From IMG/VR virus record IMGVR_UViG_3300008050_000019: a stretch of 64,000 nucleotides of DNA; one strand, given 5' to 3'. The position numbers were made by a program, and so were the translations under genes. How positions within the stretch are numbered: position 1 is the stretch's first letter; each line of letters begins with the position of its first letter. Shown here in pieces: positions 16,662 to 25,969 of the stretch. Source of the stretch: a virus. Below the pieces are notes generated by a model. The model made no database searches. It was not told the origin of the DNA and worked only from the letters and a program-made list of their open reading frames with translations.

Positions 16662-17584
16662 TACTTAAAGTCTTTTATGACGCCAGATTTAAGGCCTTGT
16701 GTGAATTTAGAAAAATAATCCTTAGGGTAATCTGCTACTGCATCAATAACATTTTCGTATGCAAATTCTCTCCACCACCCAGACGTTATGCTTGTACAGA
16801 CTTTTGATAGAGCAAGCATCCAAGCTTGTCTCTCAGACAAAACGCCCGGGTGCGGTACCAAGCTTCTTTCGATCGCTAATACTGCTGATTCTTCGATCAC
16901 GGATGCAAGCTTCAGGTCATTCGTTAAAGCATCAAACTTACTCTTATCAACAGCAACCTCTTGCCCATCTTTCTGGAAAAAAGTATATGCAGGGCGATTA
17001 TATAGCTTGACTGCGTCATGAATAGAATCATGGTCGTATTTATAATCAATCTGATCACGATTGAAGAATGCTTTTTTACTTTTATCTAGCGAGGGGAGAG
17101 GGTAGTTATACGTCTCTTTTTCTCGCAATTTTATAAAATCTACGTGTTCTGATTTAACAGTGGCTCCCATCGCCTTCATAAAATGATAGTGATGGACTGT
17201 TTTCCAAAAATGAGGATTATCTTTAAGATAACGATGAGATGACTTTAACGCAAACAGAAGGTCAATGCTTGGAACAAGCCCAAAGTCAGTTTGAAAAGAT
17301 GCTGTATCATTCTTAACAAGAGAATGAAGCATGCGCGAACTCTCTCTCTTAGAGACTAGCTCAAACTCAAGATTAACAGTGCCTTGAACTATCAGATTTC
17401 TCCCTAGGTGCAAATACACTTTTCTTGGTTTGATTGCACTTCTATTTTCTTCAATAAAATATCTTGCATCACTTTCTGTGCCGACAAAGTCAAAATCAGC
17501 ATCGTCTCGAATTTTAAATCTTTGTGATCTTAAAGCAAGGGCACGACTACCAACTAAAATTAGATTAGCAAACTTGTGAGGCAT
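16661..17584 (-). CDS. hypothetical protein (weak GS...DxD nucleotidyltransferase-like pattern)
   Basis: LVGSRAL...DDADFDFVG near the N-terminus. The NTase idea is speculative. Confidence 0.6.
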   Translation of the reverse strand: MPHKFANLILVGSRALALRSQRFKIRDDADFDFVGTESDARYFIEENRSAIKPRKVYLHLGRNLIVQGTVNLEFELVSKRESSRMLHSLVKNDTASFQTDFGLVPSIDLLFALKSSHRYLKDNPHFWKTVHHYHFMKAMGATVKSEHVDFIKLREKETYNYPLPSLDKSKKAFFNRDQIDYKYDHDSIHDAVKLYNRPAYTFFQKDGQEVAVDKSKFDALTNDLKLASVIEESAVLAIERSLVPHPGVLSERQAWMLALSKVCTSITSGWWREFAYENVIDAVADYPKDYFSKFTQGLKSGVIKDFK

Positions 17585-17849
17585 TCCAACCGCTACTTTC
17601 TTCTAAATCATAAACTTCAATGCCTGTTAGATTTGCAACAAATTTAAGGCTAATCCCTTCGAATATATCGAAGATTGGCGGAGAATGTACGAAACTACGC
17701 TGTGATACTCCTGACTCAAATGGAATCCCGTGTTCATTTGATATTGCAACTGCCTCCGCAAGAAGTAATTCTGCAGCGGCCACTCTATCGTTTATTTGCG
17801 TGCCCACGTCATCTAGCGTTTTTTTGAACAATGCTTGAAGGTTATCCAT
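17565..17849 (-). CDS. hypothetical protein
   Basis: ORF track. The start codon is embedded in a 39-bp palindrome. Confidence 0.55.
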   Translation of the reverse strand: MDNLQALFKKTLDDVGTQINDRVAAAELLLAEAVAISNEHGIPFESGVSQRSFVHSPPIFDIFEGISLKFVANLTGIEVYDLEESSGWNASQVC

Positions 17850-17878
17850 ATGATTTATTATAAATCATATGGATAACC
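17840..17878. promoter_or_regulatory. perfect 18-bp inverted repeat with 3-nt loop
   Basis: GGTTATCCATATGATTTA tta TAAATCATATGGATAACC. It covers the ATG (17847-17849) of the downstream gene and follows the rIIB stop. Confidence 0.6.
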
Positions 17879-17892
17879 ATTACAACTTATTA

Positions 17893-18900
17893 TTACCAAG
17901 TTTCCCTGATGCGTTTTATTAAAGCTTTTTTGCCCCCAGGGATAGAATTCGCAGTGCTAATCTTCAGATGTTTTCTAGCATATTCGCGCAATTGCTTGAG
18001 TGTAAAATCTTCGAGTGGGTAAATGGTAAACTTAGTCCAGTCTGGTTGAGTTGGCTTAACTACGGGGTGGCCGGCTGGCTGGCTGTGGATATCACTCGGA
18101 CGGCCAAGCTCAAAAGGATCACCACAATCACCATAATCATCACAATCATCGCAATCATCAATGCTCACATCATCATCTCTATATGACCATGTAACAGATG
18201 GCAGTGCTTGTGTATACTCATGCAAAACAGTATACTTACAAACTCTTACTTTCTGGTATGAACAATCATAGGGAACACAAACGACGTCAGCTGGATCCAC
18301 TTCACAGATCAGAATCCTACTTCCGTTACCAAAACCTTCAGCGTATTCAAGCGCGCCGACATGATATCCATAGCTGCATGCTGAGTTTGGGTCATCTGAA
18401 ATCTTGTTTCTGGGCATTTCATTCGTGCAGCCAGGCTTATTAGAGATCGTTTTTGTATGATGGTCAAGATAATCTTGTGTAACAGATTTGTACGCCAAAA
18501 ATGTCCCTTTATCCGTCAGGGGAATATTTTCATGCTCTAAAAATTTATATAGTTGCTCAATAGAGCGGGCGCTTGTATTATTATTCAACCGTATCCAGAA
18601 GTTCATGAATACATCTGGTGATGCGTCGTTCCTTACCATCGAAAGAATTCGTTGAGCCAGCTCAATTGGAATAGCTTCTTTTTTGTAAAGAATAGTATCA
18701 TCATCAGTTACTTCAAAATCACCTGATGCCCAGTTTTTAATTGCACTCTTTGGAGAGGCCAAAGAAAGTGCTTCATCCCAATCTTCTCGAAAGAGTGCAT
18801 CTCGCAATGAAGAAAAGTTATCATCTTCTCTATGTAAGGTCTCTAGTTCACCAGATGGTAATATTAATGTTATGACGTCGTTAGTTATGCTATATTTCAT
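17893..18900 (-). CDS. rIIB: rIIB-like protein
   Basis: The C-terminal half aligns by eye with T4 rIIB (..LAYKSV...SYGYHVG...ICEVDPADVVCVP...KVRVCKYTV..). Positioned directly downstream of rIIA, as in T4. Confidence 0.8.
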   Translation of the reverse strand: MKYSITNDVITLILPSGELETLHREDDNFSSLRDALFREDWDEALSLASPKSAIKNWASGDFEVTDDDTILYKKEAIPIELAQRILSMVRNDASPDVFMNFWIRLNNNTSARSIEQLYKFLEHENIPLTDKGTFLAYKSVTQDYLDHHTKTISNKPGCTNEMPRNKISDDPNSACSYGYHVGALEYAEGFGNGSRILICEVDPADVVCVPYDCSYQKVRVCKYTVLHEYTQALPSVTWSYRDDDVSIDDCDDCDDYGDCGDPFELGRPSDIHSQPAGHPVVKPTQPDWTKFTIYPLEDFTLKQLREYARKHLKISTANSIPGGKKALIKRIRETW

Positions 18901-18910
18901 GTATGCCTTG

Positions 18911-20902
18911 TTATGCTGCTTTTGCAGCGTCCTTTAATAGAATGTAATCCACCCAGTCTGTGATAGTACCCTCATTTACTTCACCAAAACACTTCATCAA
19001 AAGAGGGTAATCCGCAGAAAGCAAAGCTAGATAATCTTCATGTTCTGTTGGGTACACAATACCTTTACATTGTGATAAAAGATATTGAAAATTTGTCCAT
19101 TTCCATGAGATGCCTTTTGTCGCTGCATTTAGATACCTTGATAATATGTGTTCAGCAGGAAGTATAGATTTTGTACTTTTTAACAAAAGTGATGTTGCGT
19201 TTGTGTATCTCCAAGTGCTACTAATACGGTGGTTTTTCCAAGCGATATTTCTAAGTTCATCGATCACTAAAGGGTGCTTTTGTATTTCTTCATAGAAGGT
19301 AGCTCGCCATGCCGAATATGATATACCCTTTACGGTTCCAGGCTTTACCGGCGATTTTTCTGTAGATTTGTACCCGTAAATTTTTGGAAAATCAATGCCA
19401 AGTTTAGCTGCAACTTTCTTGTCTTTATCAATAATATCAAGATAATTTTTCATTTCATGGGGCACAAATCTACACAAAAGAAAGTATACGTCAGTATCTG
19501 CTTGTAGCGACACCCTGGGTATCCAGTTTTCTGATTGCAACGAGTAAACAGCTTGGGGCATAAGACGAAATGCCCTATGCCCATGTTTTGAGTTTGGTAC
19601 TTTCTTTGGTACATCTTTACCAGTCCAAGGTAAAGATGAAATTCTACTAATTGGTATACCTTCGCATCCTTGCTCTGCAACCAGAGATTCCAATTCAGCA
19701 AAAACATCATCTGCCGTGCATCCTGTTGCAGGTCGTAACGTAACAGCACCTGATGGTATCATGTACCCTTTAAGTGCTTTTCTTGTATCAATAATAATGA
19801 TCTGCGTTTGTTTTTTAGGAGGAAGTAGTGCTCTTTTTCCGTTAAAAGTTTTTGCTCTTTTGCATATAAAACTCTTCGGCTTAAAATTAAAGGGCAGTTT
19901 AATTCCAGCATTGCAAAACTTATAATAGAATATTTTCTTCTCCCAAGATGAACATTGAGAATTTTTAACTTTATGTAGTTTTGCTAGTAAATCTGTATAA
20001 AGGGTTGAAATTGTTTTCTTTAGTGCCGCCCTTGTTCTTGGAGTGTATTTTAACTCTTCTCTGTTTGCCGTGAAGTCCACTTCACCTATGTCAAAGAAAA
20101 ACCTGAATCTTGAGTACCAGCCGAAATCATAGTCATTGGTATTCATCACACTAGTAATTTCTTCTGATGAAACTTTGTATGAAATACCTCCCATAACTGC
20201 TTCATTATTGTTGGCCCGGCGTAAAAGTTCTGCTTTTGTACCCTTGAAAGTCACATCATCTAATCTATCAGATATAACGTCAGGGAGATTAAATTTAACG
20301 TTTGCGCTCATGTACTTAAATACATGTCCTGCTTTCAAAAGGAAGGCTCTGTGATCAGCTTGCTTTACAGGAATTGCAATCTCGACGCCTGTTATACCTA
20401 TATCACACTCATCTTCGTATAGCAAGCATAAAATGCCTTCATCTAATTCATCTAATGCAGCATTATATACACGCTTCATACCTTTGTGCCATGAAGTTAT
20501 GTTAAATGATGATGTATAAGAGAATGCAGCTTTTGACCCAATTCCAAGTGTACCAACTTGTTCATTAGTATCACGTTTAGTAGAAGAGCCATAACTAACG
20601 TAAACTCGTATACCTTCCTCTGATAGGCCGGGGCCGTTATCCCGTATCTTTAGAGTCGGTGTTAGTGCGGTTGGTAAGTTAACTTTAATGGGTATGTCTT
20701 CATTACCCGCTTCAGCATTTGCATCCCTAGCGTTAGCCCCATATTCACGTAACACCGCCAATATATTATCTGTATATAACTGATCTCTCATGATACGCAT
20801 CAAGTGTGCGTTATCACCGGCCTTATTAGAAATCTCGAAGCGTATTTCATCGCCGATACCAGTTGTCGTTAATGTTCTGTTTTCTAAATTAACTTTTGCC
20901 AT
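18911..20902 (-). CDS. rIIA: rIIA-like protein (GHKL/Bergerat ATPase fold N-terminus)
   Basis: LYTDNILAVLREYGANARDA...IRDNGPGLS...GTLGIGSKAAFSYTSSFNITSWHKG parallels the remembered T4 rIIA N-terminal region. Confidence 0.85.
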   Translation of the reverse strand: MAKVNLENRTLTTTGIGDEIRFEISNKAGDNAHLMRIMRDQLYTDNILAVLREYGANARDANAEAGNEDIPIKVNLPTALTPTLKIRDNGPGLSEEGIRVYVSYGSSTKRDTNEQVGTLGIGSKAAFSYTSSFNITSWHKGMKRVYNAALDELDEGILCLLYEDECDIGITGVEIAIPVKQADHRAFLLKAGHVFKYMSANVKFNLPDVISDRLDDVTFKGTKAELLRRANNNEAVMGGISYKVSSEEITSVMNTNDYDFGWYSRFRFFFDIGEVDFTANREELKYTPRTRAALKKTISTLYTDLLAKLHKVKNSQCSSWEKKIFYYKFCNAGIKLPFNFKPKSFICKRAKTFNGKRALLPPKKQTQIIIIDTRKALKGYMIPSGAVTLRPATGCTADDVFAELESLVAEQGCEGIPISRISSLPWTGKDVPKKVPNSKHGHRAFRLMPQAVYSLQSENWIPRVSLQADTDVYFLLCRFVPHEMKNYLDIIDKDKKVAAKLGIDFPKIYGYKSTEKSPVKPGTVKGISYSAWRATFYEEIQKHPLVIDELRNIAWKNHRISSTWRYTNATSLLLKSTKSILPAEHILSRYLNAATKGISWKWTNFQYLLSQCKGIVYPTEHEDYLALLSADYPLLMKCFGEVNEGTITDWVDYILLKDAAKAA

Positions 20903-20908
20903 ATTTCA

Positions 20909-20980
20909 TATGATCAGAGGGACTCGAACCCTCAACATACCAGCCTGTAGTGCTGGGCTCTACCATTGAGCTATGATCAC
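20909..20980 (-). tRNA. tRNA-Val (anticodon TAC), non-canonical details
   Basis: Acceptor GTGATCA/TGATCAT, anticodon arm CCAGC-ACTACAG-GCTGG, T arm GAGGG-TTCGAGT-CCCTC. C rather than U at position 33 and no clear nt 26 in the hand fold. Confidence 0.7.
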
Positions 20981-20982
20981 CC

Positions 20983-21345
20983 TTACCCTTTTCCGAACCC
21001 TTTCCATTCACCTGGTCTTGTCATAAAAAAGCTAGCTAATGCGGTACCTTCGTCTGGAGCTTTTTTTTCTGGTTGCTTAGGTGTCTCCCGAAACTTGTCA
21101 AAAGCAATATCGATTGCATCCTCTGTTAGATGTGATCCAGTTGGGGGTACTTGCCGTATAAAGTAAGTAACCACATCTACCACCTTTAAATCAGAAATAT
21201 TTCTGTTAGCTACAGCTTTAGTAGCTGCTACCCAGGAATCTGCATCAATGATCTCAGAGCAAAGAACCTCATGCCCACTCAAGTTTTCATAAACAAACCC
21301 CTTATGTCGTGTGTGCACTTCAGCACTGTATATTCCAAACTTCAT
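20983..21345 (-). CDS. hypothetical protein
   Basis: ORF track. The stop abuts the 5' end of tRNA-Val. Confidence 0.6.
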   Translation of the reverse strand: MKFGIYSAEVHTRHKGFVYENLSGHEVLCSEIIDADSWVAATKAVANRNISDLKVVDVVTYFIRQVPPTGSHLTEDAIDIAFDKFRETPKQPEKKAPDEGTALASFFMTRPGEWKGFGKG

Positions 21346-21380
21346 GTATTATTGTACCTTATATTAATTCTAAGAACACG

Positions 21381-21515
21381 CTATTTTTTTCTTTTTTTGA
21401 TGAACTCGCTCAAACTTGCATACGCCAAGACACAAAAAAGAGATGGAATTATTATCAAATAAAATATGGCGTAAAACGCATAATCTTGTGCCTTGGCTAT
21501 TATGCGTTTAATCAT
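21381..21515 (-). CDS. possible 44-aa membrane micro-protein
   Basis: MIKRIIAKAQDYAFYAIFYLIIIPSLFCVLAYASLSEFIKKRKK. The start overlaps the stop of 21508..22038. Confidence 0.25.
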   Translation of the reverse strand: MIKRIIAKAQDYAFYAIFYLIIIPSLFCVLAYASLSEFIKKRKK

Positions 21516-22038
21516 TTGACTTCGAGGCTGCGGCGGGAGTAATGGCTAACAACACAGGTTCGATGCGAAGTCTTTGAGGGTACGTTGTGTATATATATTC
21601 ACCCGTCCATTGGACATAGTTGCCGCTAGCTGTCCAGAAATAAATATACGGTGATGAACTGCCGTATGTCCCTTCATCACCTGGCGCGGGTACCACCAGG
21701 TGGCCATCGGAAGCGTAGTCAGGTGTGACAACACGCATAGTAGAAGTCAGCCTTTTGCTCCCTGAGCTAACCTTTCCCTTGACAACATGGTAAGCGATTG
21801 GTGCTCCAGATTGGCTGAATAGCGTGATATATCCCTGTAGGCCTGGATCTGACGTTAACTCTAAGCGCTTCTTCAAATTATCAACTTCAGCGTTTCCAGT
21901 AAATTTAACAGAGCGTGCCGCCTTTCTTGCCCTCTTTGCCTGGATTTGTTTCTGTGTCGGTGGCGTCCTGTCAGGGACGCATGCCGTGGATGCGCCACCA
22001 AACAACATAATAATTAATAGATTCATAAATCGATTCAT
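21508..22038 (-). CDS. secreted lipoprotein
   Basis: MNRFMNLLIIMLFGGASTAC signal peptide plus lipobox-like Cys. Confidence 0.65.
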   Translation of the reverse strand: MNRFMNLLIIMLFGGASTACVPDRTPPTQKQIQAKRARKAARSVKFTGNAEVDNLKKRLELTSDPGLQGYITLFSQSGAPIAYHVVKGKVSSGSKRLTSTMRVVTPDYASDGHLVVPAPGDEGTYGSSSPYIYFWTASGNYVQWTGEYIYTTYPQRLRIEPVLLAITPAAASKSND

Positions 22039-22448
22039 AGAACTTCACACTCTTTCATTTCTAGCTTCTCAGGTGTAGATCGACCTTTAAAAATGTTAAC
22101 GTTTGCTTTACGTGAATTTGCATTATACTTTGTAACTAGCATTCTGCACATTTGCTGCATGCCCACAAACTCGACCCTCAGTCTCCGGAGTTCTCCGGCG
22201 TCAGTTTCGGTCTCAATCAATGCACTATGTGCCCTAATATCAGACACTTTGGCTACGAATGACGCATGAACATCAAAAAACCACTCATAGTTTGTAATGA
22301 CATTATCAGTCTCGAATGTCTCGGTAACAACACGCGCTGGTGCTGTTGCCACTGCTCTGGATGCCGATGTATAATCGGTAATTATACCTAACATTCCGAT
22401 AATCACGAAAAAGGCAAATACGTATACTAAAATTCTTGAAATATCCAT
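22035..22448 (-). CDS. membrane-anchored hypothetical protein
   Basis: N-terminal TM ILVYVFAFFVIIGMLGII. Confidence 0.6.
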   Translation of the reverse strand: MDISRILVYVFAFFVIIGMLGIITDYTSASRAVATAPARVVTETFETDNVITNYEWFFDVHASFVAKVSDIRAHSALIETETDAGELRRLRVEFVGMQQMCRMLVTKYNANSRKANVNIFKGRSTPEKLEMKECEVL

Positions 22449-22494
22449 TTTACTCCTTAATTTAACCTCATTTAAATCTCAAATAGCAACTAAT

Positions 22495-23673
22495 TTATAA
22501 CCAGTCGCTCTTATCTTGCAAGCCTCTAACTGAGATCGCTACTGGAAACCGAGGAACATATTCTCTATTTGTCAACCCTTGGTAGCGAACAGTAACCATC
22601 TTTCCAATAACGGCATCTGGGTTTTTCCAAATCCATGCAAGCCTATCGAAACTGCCTTCTAATTTTGCTCTGAATGTTGCTCCGCCGCCGTTTGGGCCAA
22701 AATTAGAGCCGGTGGGGGTTTTTAACACAAAAGCACCTAGATGCCCCTTTAAAGCGCCGACGCCCTCTTTAACACCAACGACTTCAAACTCAGCGTCATC
22801 AAATTCTTTACGTTTTAGTAAATTATCTGTGCGTTTACCGCAATAAGGCATATGCGTATTACGAATCATGGTGCCTTCATATCCAGCAGATAGATAACCT
22901 GAATGTAACAATGTTACCTCGGCTTCATCTGGAACAGAGAATTTTGTTTCCACTACTACTACATGATTCGGTACCAGCTGCCCAAGAGCAGCTTTTGCCA
23001 TAAGAAACCTTTTGATAAAAGAGATATCCTGATTTAATGTACCAATTATCGGGCAATCATAAACATGATACTGTACTTGCTTTTGTTTTTCGTAATCAGC
23101 AGGAGTTGCATGCGCGTCTGTTTTTTTAACTGCCTTGATAATTGATTCAAAATCATCTTTTAAGTCATGAGAATAAAGCTCTCCATCAAGCATCGCTTCT
23201 GGATATTTTCGAAAAAAGGGTACAAGTGCCTTTCTGATGTGGGCACAAGCTTCGATAGGTTTTCTGCCCCGTGTGAAAAAGCCATCTTTAGTTGCCAAGC
23301 ATCTAATACCATCAAGTTTTGGCTGTGTAACGCACGGAAACTTAATTTTTCTCTTTTGATCTTCCCACTTCTTTGCGAGTATTGCAGTATACCCAGGTAG
23401 TGCTGCATCAGCGTTGGTGCCGATATCAGTGATGTCTTCAACATACTTCTTTCTGCTCTGTCTCAGAAGATTAGAATTCAGCTCTAGTGTTAGTTGTTCA
23501 TGTTGAGAACGGCCGGCCTTCGGTTTAATGTCTCGTGACGCCGATGTAGTCATCTTACCATTAAGTTTACCAGACACTGTCCAATATTTACACTCATCAG
23601 GTGAATGATGGATCTCCCAGACTTGAGTAGAACCCGTACTGTTAAGTTTAAATAATCGTTTATAAAGCATCAC
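22495..23673 (-). CDS. ATP-dependent DNA ligase
   Basis: Motif I PKLDGIRC, motif IV EGTMIR, motif V LLKRKEF, plus an OB-like C-terminus. Confidence 0.85.
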   Translation of the reverse strand: MMLYKRLFKLNSTGSTQVWEIHHSPDECKYWTVSGKLNGKMTTSASRDIKPKAGRSQHEQLTLELNSNLLRQSRKKYVEDITDIGTNADAALPGYTAILAKKWEDQKRKIKFPCVTQPKLDGIRCLATKDGFFTRGRKPIEACAHIRKALVPFFRKYPEAMLDGELYSHDLKDDFESIIKAVKKTDAHATPADYEKQKQVQYHVYDCPIIGTLNQDISFIKRFLMAKAALGQLVPNHVVVVETKFSVPDEAEVTLLHSGYLSAGYEGTMIRNTHMPYCGKRTDNLLKRKEFDDAEFEVVGVKEGVGALKGHLGAFVLKTPTGSNFGPNGGGATFRAKLEGSFDRLAWIWKNPDAVIGKMVTVRYQGLTNREYVPRFPVAISVRGLQDKSDWL

Positions 23674-23736
23674 TCACCACCCTTTAAAAGAAAAAAAGAA
23701 TCAATAACAATACCCAATGCCGCTTTATGTTCAAAG

Positions 23737-24093
23737 TTACTCAACCTTTTTTCGTTCGCATATATACTTGTAAACAGGGATTTTAATTTGGGGTACACCA
23801 TCCTCAACCTTCCCCGTCACAGAATTGATACAATCGATAGCTCTTTGTTCAGTCGGAATTTCAGAACCATCTATTTTTGATTTAATCGCCAGCCCAGTGC
23901 CGAAACCAAGAAATCCAGTGTCGGCCAAGCTAGTAAGTTGGTGCAACTTCAATTTATTTGTTGATGTTATCTCATATAATAAAGTCAAATCACTCGGTGA
24001 AGATTTTGACGTTATCTTAAGTGATGGACTTACGTCCGTATAGAGCATGTTTCCCATTCCTACCTTCTGTTTTTCCAGGCTGGACAAAACCAC
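23737..24093 (-). CDS. hypothetical protein (likely start at 24057, MGNMLY)
   Basis: ORF track. The internal start removes the overlap with 24060..24242. Confidence 0.55.
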   Translation of the reverse strand: MVLSSLEKQKVGMGNMLYTDVSPSLKITSKSSPSDLTLLYEITSTNKLKLHQLTSLADTGFLGFGTGLAIKSKIDGSEIPTEQRAIDCINSVTGKVEDGVPQIKIPVYKYICERKKVE

Positions 24094-24242
24094 CTGTCAT
24101 CGAACAAGCTATATGCCGTGATATCTTTAGAGCAATCATTGAATTCGTAACGAACAAATGACGTATATGCTGAGCCTGCTGCATAACCAGCTGGCACAAG
24201 CACGATGCTAAGCAACATGAATATTATTGTGTTATGACGCAT
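24060..24242 (-). CDS. small secreted protein
   Basis: Signal-peptide-like IIFMLLSIVLVPAGYAAG. Preferred over the alternative-frame ORF 24017..24199. Confidence 0.4.
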   Translation of the reverse strand: MRHNTIIFMLLSIVLVPAGYAAGSAYTSFVRYEFNDCSKDITAYSLFDDRWFCPAWKNRR

Positions 24243-24705
24243 TCGGCACCTGCAAAAGAAATGCTTCTACGTCATCAAGGAGTTCAAGATTTATGGCATA
24301 ATACTCGTCACACTCAGGTTCGATACTGTCAACCATAGCATCATAATCGCCACAATCATCGCATGTCCAGTTAACAAACTGTCCATAAAATCTATTATTT
24401 TGATGTTTTTGATACTTTGACAAAACAGAGCAAAGGATAGAGAGGGCTCTTTTTGATGCTGCAGTATTAACTATAGCTAAACCAGATTTAAGTACATCTG
24501 CCCTTAGATGGTATCTATTGTCTATCCACTGTGCCCACCCGCCATTAGTAACTTGGTAATTCATATGCCCAATAGACACTACATACTGATCAGGTATGGG
24601 TAATGCACCAATAAAATCAGTGTATGGCTTGCCTTTTAAATCACCGCTTGACCAACGAGTATGTGCAGTGTCCATTGCTTCCTGCATCTTCCTATAGTTT
24701 TTCAT
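24232..24705 (-). CDS. hypothetical protein (DMP19/DUF4375-like NGGWAQW motif)
   Basis: YQVTNGGWAQWIDN resembles the NGGxxQ(F/Y) signature. Weak. Confidence 0.5.
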   Translation of the reverse strand: MKNYRKMQEAMDTAHTRWSSGDLKGKPYTDFIGALPIPDQYVVSIGHMNYQVTNGGWAQWIDNRYHLRADVLKSGLAIVNTAASKRALSILCSVLSKYQKHQNNRFYGQFVNWTCDDCGDYDAMVDSIEPECDEYYAINLELLDDVEAFLLQVPNAS

Positions 24706-24719
24706 GGCTGCCTTCTTAT

Positions 24720-25223
24720 CTAGCTTGCGACTGCTGTATCGGTAACCTTGGTGTTGGGCTCGTCGGATGCTTCGGCTTCTGTAAGATGAACGGTCGAAGC
24801 ATCCATCTGTACTTGCAAAGCCTCTTTATCTGCAACAAGCGCTGCGAGCTTTACTTGTTGCACGGTGACGGCCTCCTCAGCACGTGTCAAGACGCCTTGG
24901 CGGTATGCGATTGCTGAGTCAGCTGCAGCAATCTTTTTCTCAAGGGAGCTGGTGCTGCTAGCAGACTTTGCACCAGTGTTGTACTTATCACTCGAATCAA
25001 AGTGTGTGTTATGCCCAACAACCTCCGTACCATCACTTAGCGCAAAGATAGGAAGGCCATTTCGACGCTCCTTGAAGAGCATATTATCCGATGGCTCTAC
25101 GACGCGCGACCCTTCAGTGATACGGCGACTAACTCTTAGCAAAGGACCATCTTCGCGGAGGGACATCTGAGTTAATAGGTTATACGTTTTTCCTGCTTCG
25201 AACTTCATTTTCTTGCCTTTCAT
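24720..25223 (-). CDS. hypothetical protein, paralogue of 25970..26776
   Basis: KKMKFEAGKTYNLL compares with KKKKFNEGDTFNVV. Both end in Ala-rich coiled-coil tails. Confidence 0.6.
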   Translation of the reverse strand: MKGKKMKFEAGKTYNLLTQMSLREDGPLLRVSRRITEGSRVVEPSDNMLFKERRNGLPIFALSDGTEVVGHNTHFDSSDKYNTGAKSASSTSSLEKKIAAADSAIAYRQGVLTRAEEAVTVQQVKLAALVADKEALQVQMDASTVHLTEAEASDEPNTKVTDTAVAS

Positions 25224-25257
25224 AATAAGGAATTATTCCTTGAATGTGATTAAATAA

Positions 25258-25284
25258 TATATCGAATAGGACTCAAATTACACA
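25258..25284 (-). promoter_or_regulatory. promoter-like motif variant (TATATCG-N13-TTACACA)
   Basis: In the 71-nt gap upstream of the 25223 start. Confidence 0.3.
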
Positions 25285-25294
25285 GGTATTTTAA

Positions 25295-25630
25295 CTATTT
25301 TTGTATAATCATCGCAACCATCTGTTTATGTTTGCATTCAGTATGGCGTCGACCAGAAGGGCACGTGCATGATACATTTTTACCGTTGTATGCAACACTA
25401 TACTCACCAAGTGACCCCTTCCAGCTAAACTTAGTAACAGCCCAAGAGCCATTAAGTTCTGGAGCTACAAAATATTCATCCCCATCATGAAGAAAATGAG
25501 GGTTCGCAACATTATGAATAGTCATAGACTCAAGTTTTATTCGGTCTGGAAAGCCAGACCTCTCCTTTCTTAGAGATTGCTTAATTGGCAACATACGAAA
25601 ACCCTCTTTTCGTGAGATAGCCCTCAGCAA
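25295..25630 (-). CDS. SWIM zinc-finger protein
   Basis: CTCPSGRRHTECKH fits C-x-C-x(n)-C-x-H. Confidence 0.5.
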   Translation of the reverse strand: MLRAISRKEGFRMLPIKQSLRKERSGFPDRIKLESMTIHNVANPHFLHDGDEYFVAPELNGSWAVTKFSWKGSLGEYSVAYNGKNVSCTCPSGRRHTECKHKQMVAMIIQK

Positions 25631-25784
25631 CTGCGCCTAAAACATAATCAAGCGCAGTACTATTACGAATGCCAAGCTCTTTTGCTAAAGCAGCAGCCAA
25701 TGTAAATCTGTTTAATGGGCCTTTTTCTTTTGAAATTCTTTTTAGAGTATCGACATGCTTATCTGGAAATCGTTTTTTTGCCAT
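25581..25784 (-). CDS. small putative DNA-binding (wHTH-like) protein
   Basis: ORF track. The helix-rich basic sequence gives only an impression of an HTH. Confidence 0.45.
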   Translation of the reverse strand: MAKKRFPDKHVDTLKRISKEKGPLNRFTLAAALAKELGIRNSTALDYVLGAVAEGYLTKRGFSYVAN

Positions 25785-25811
25785 TTAATTCCTTTGTGTG
25801 GAATTAAATTT

Positions 25812-25838
25812 TATCACGTAAGGATGACAATAGATACA
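25812..25838 (-). promoter_or_regulatory. promoter-like motif variant (TATCACG-N13-AGATACA)
   Basis: Upstream of the 25784 start. Confidence 0.3.
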
Positions 25839-25969
25839 TAATTTTATCATAAAGCTTTATTGCTATATCAATTGTATATGGGATACCCCATAAGAGCCCA
25901 AGAAAGAGTGCTACTTGTAGTACAAGTGGACCAAATGCGTAAATTATGTATGCGATTGCAGTTGTCACA

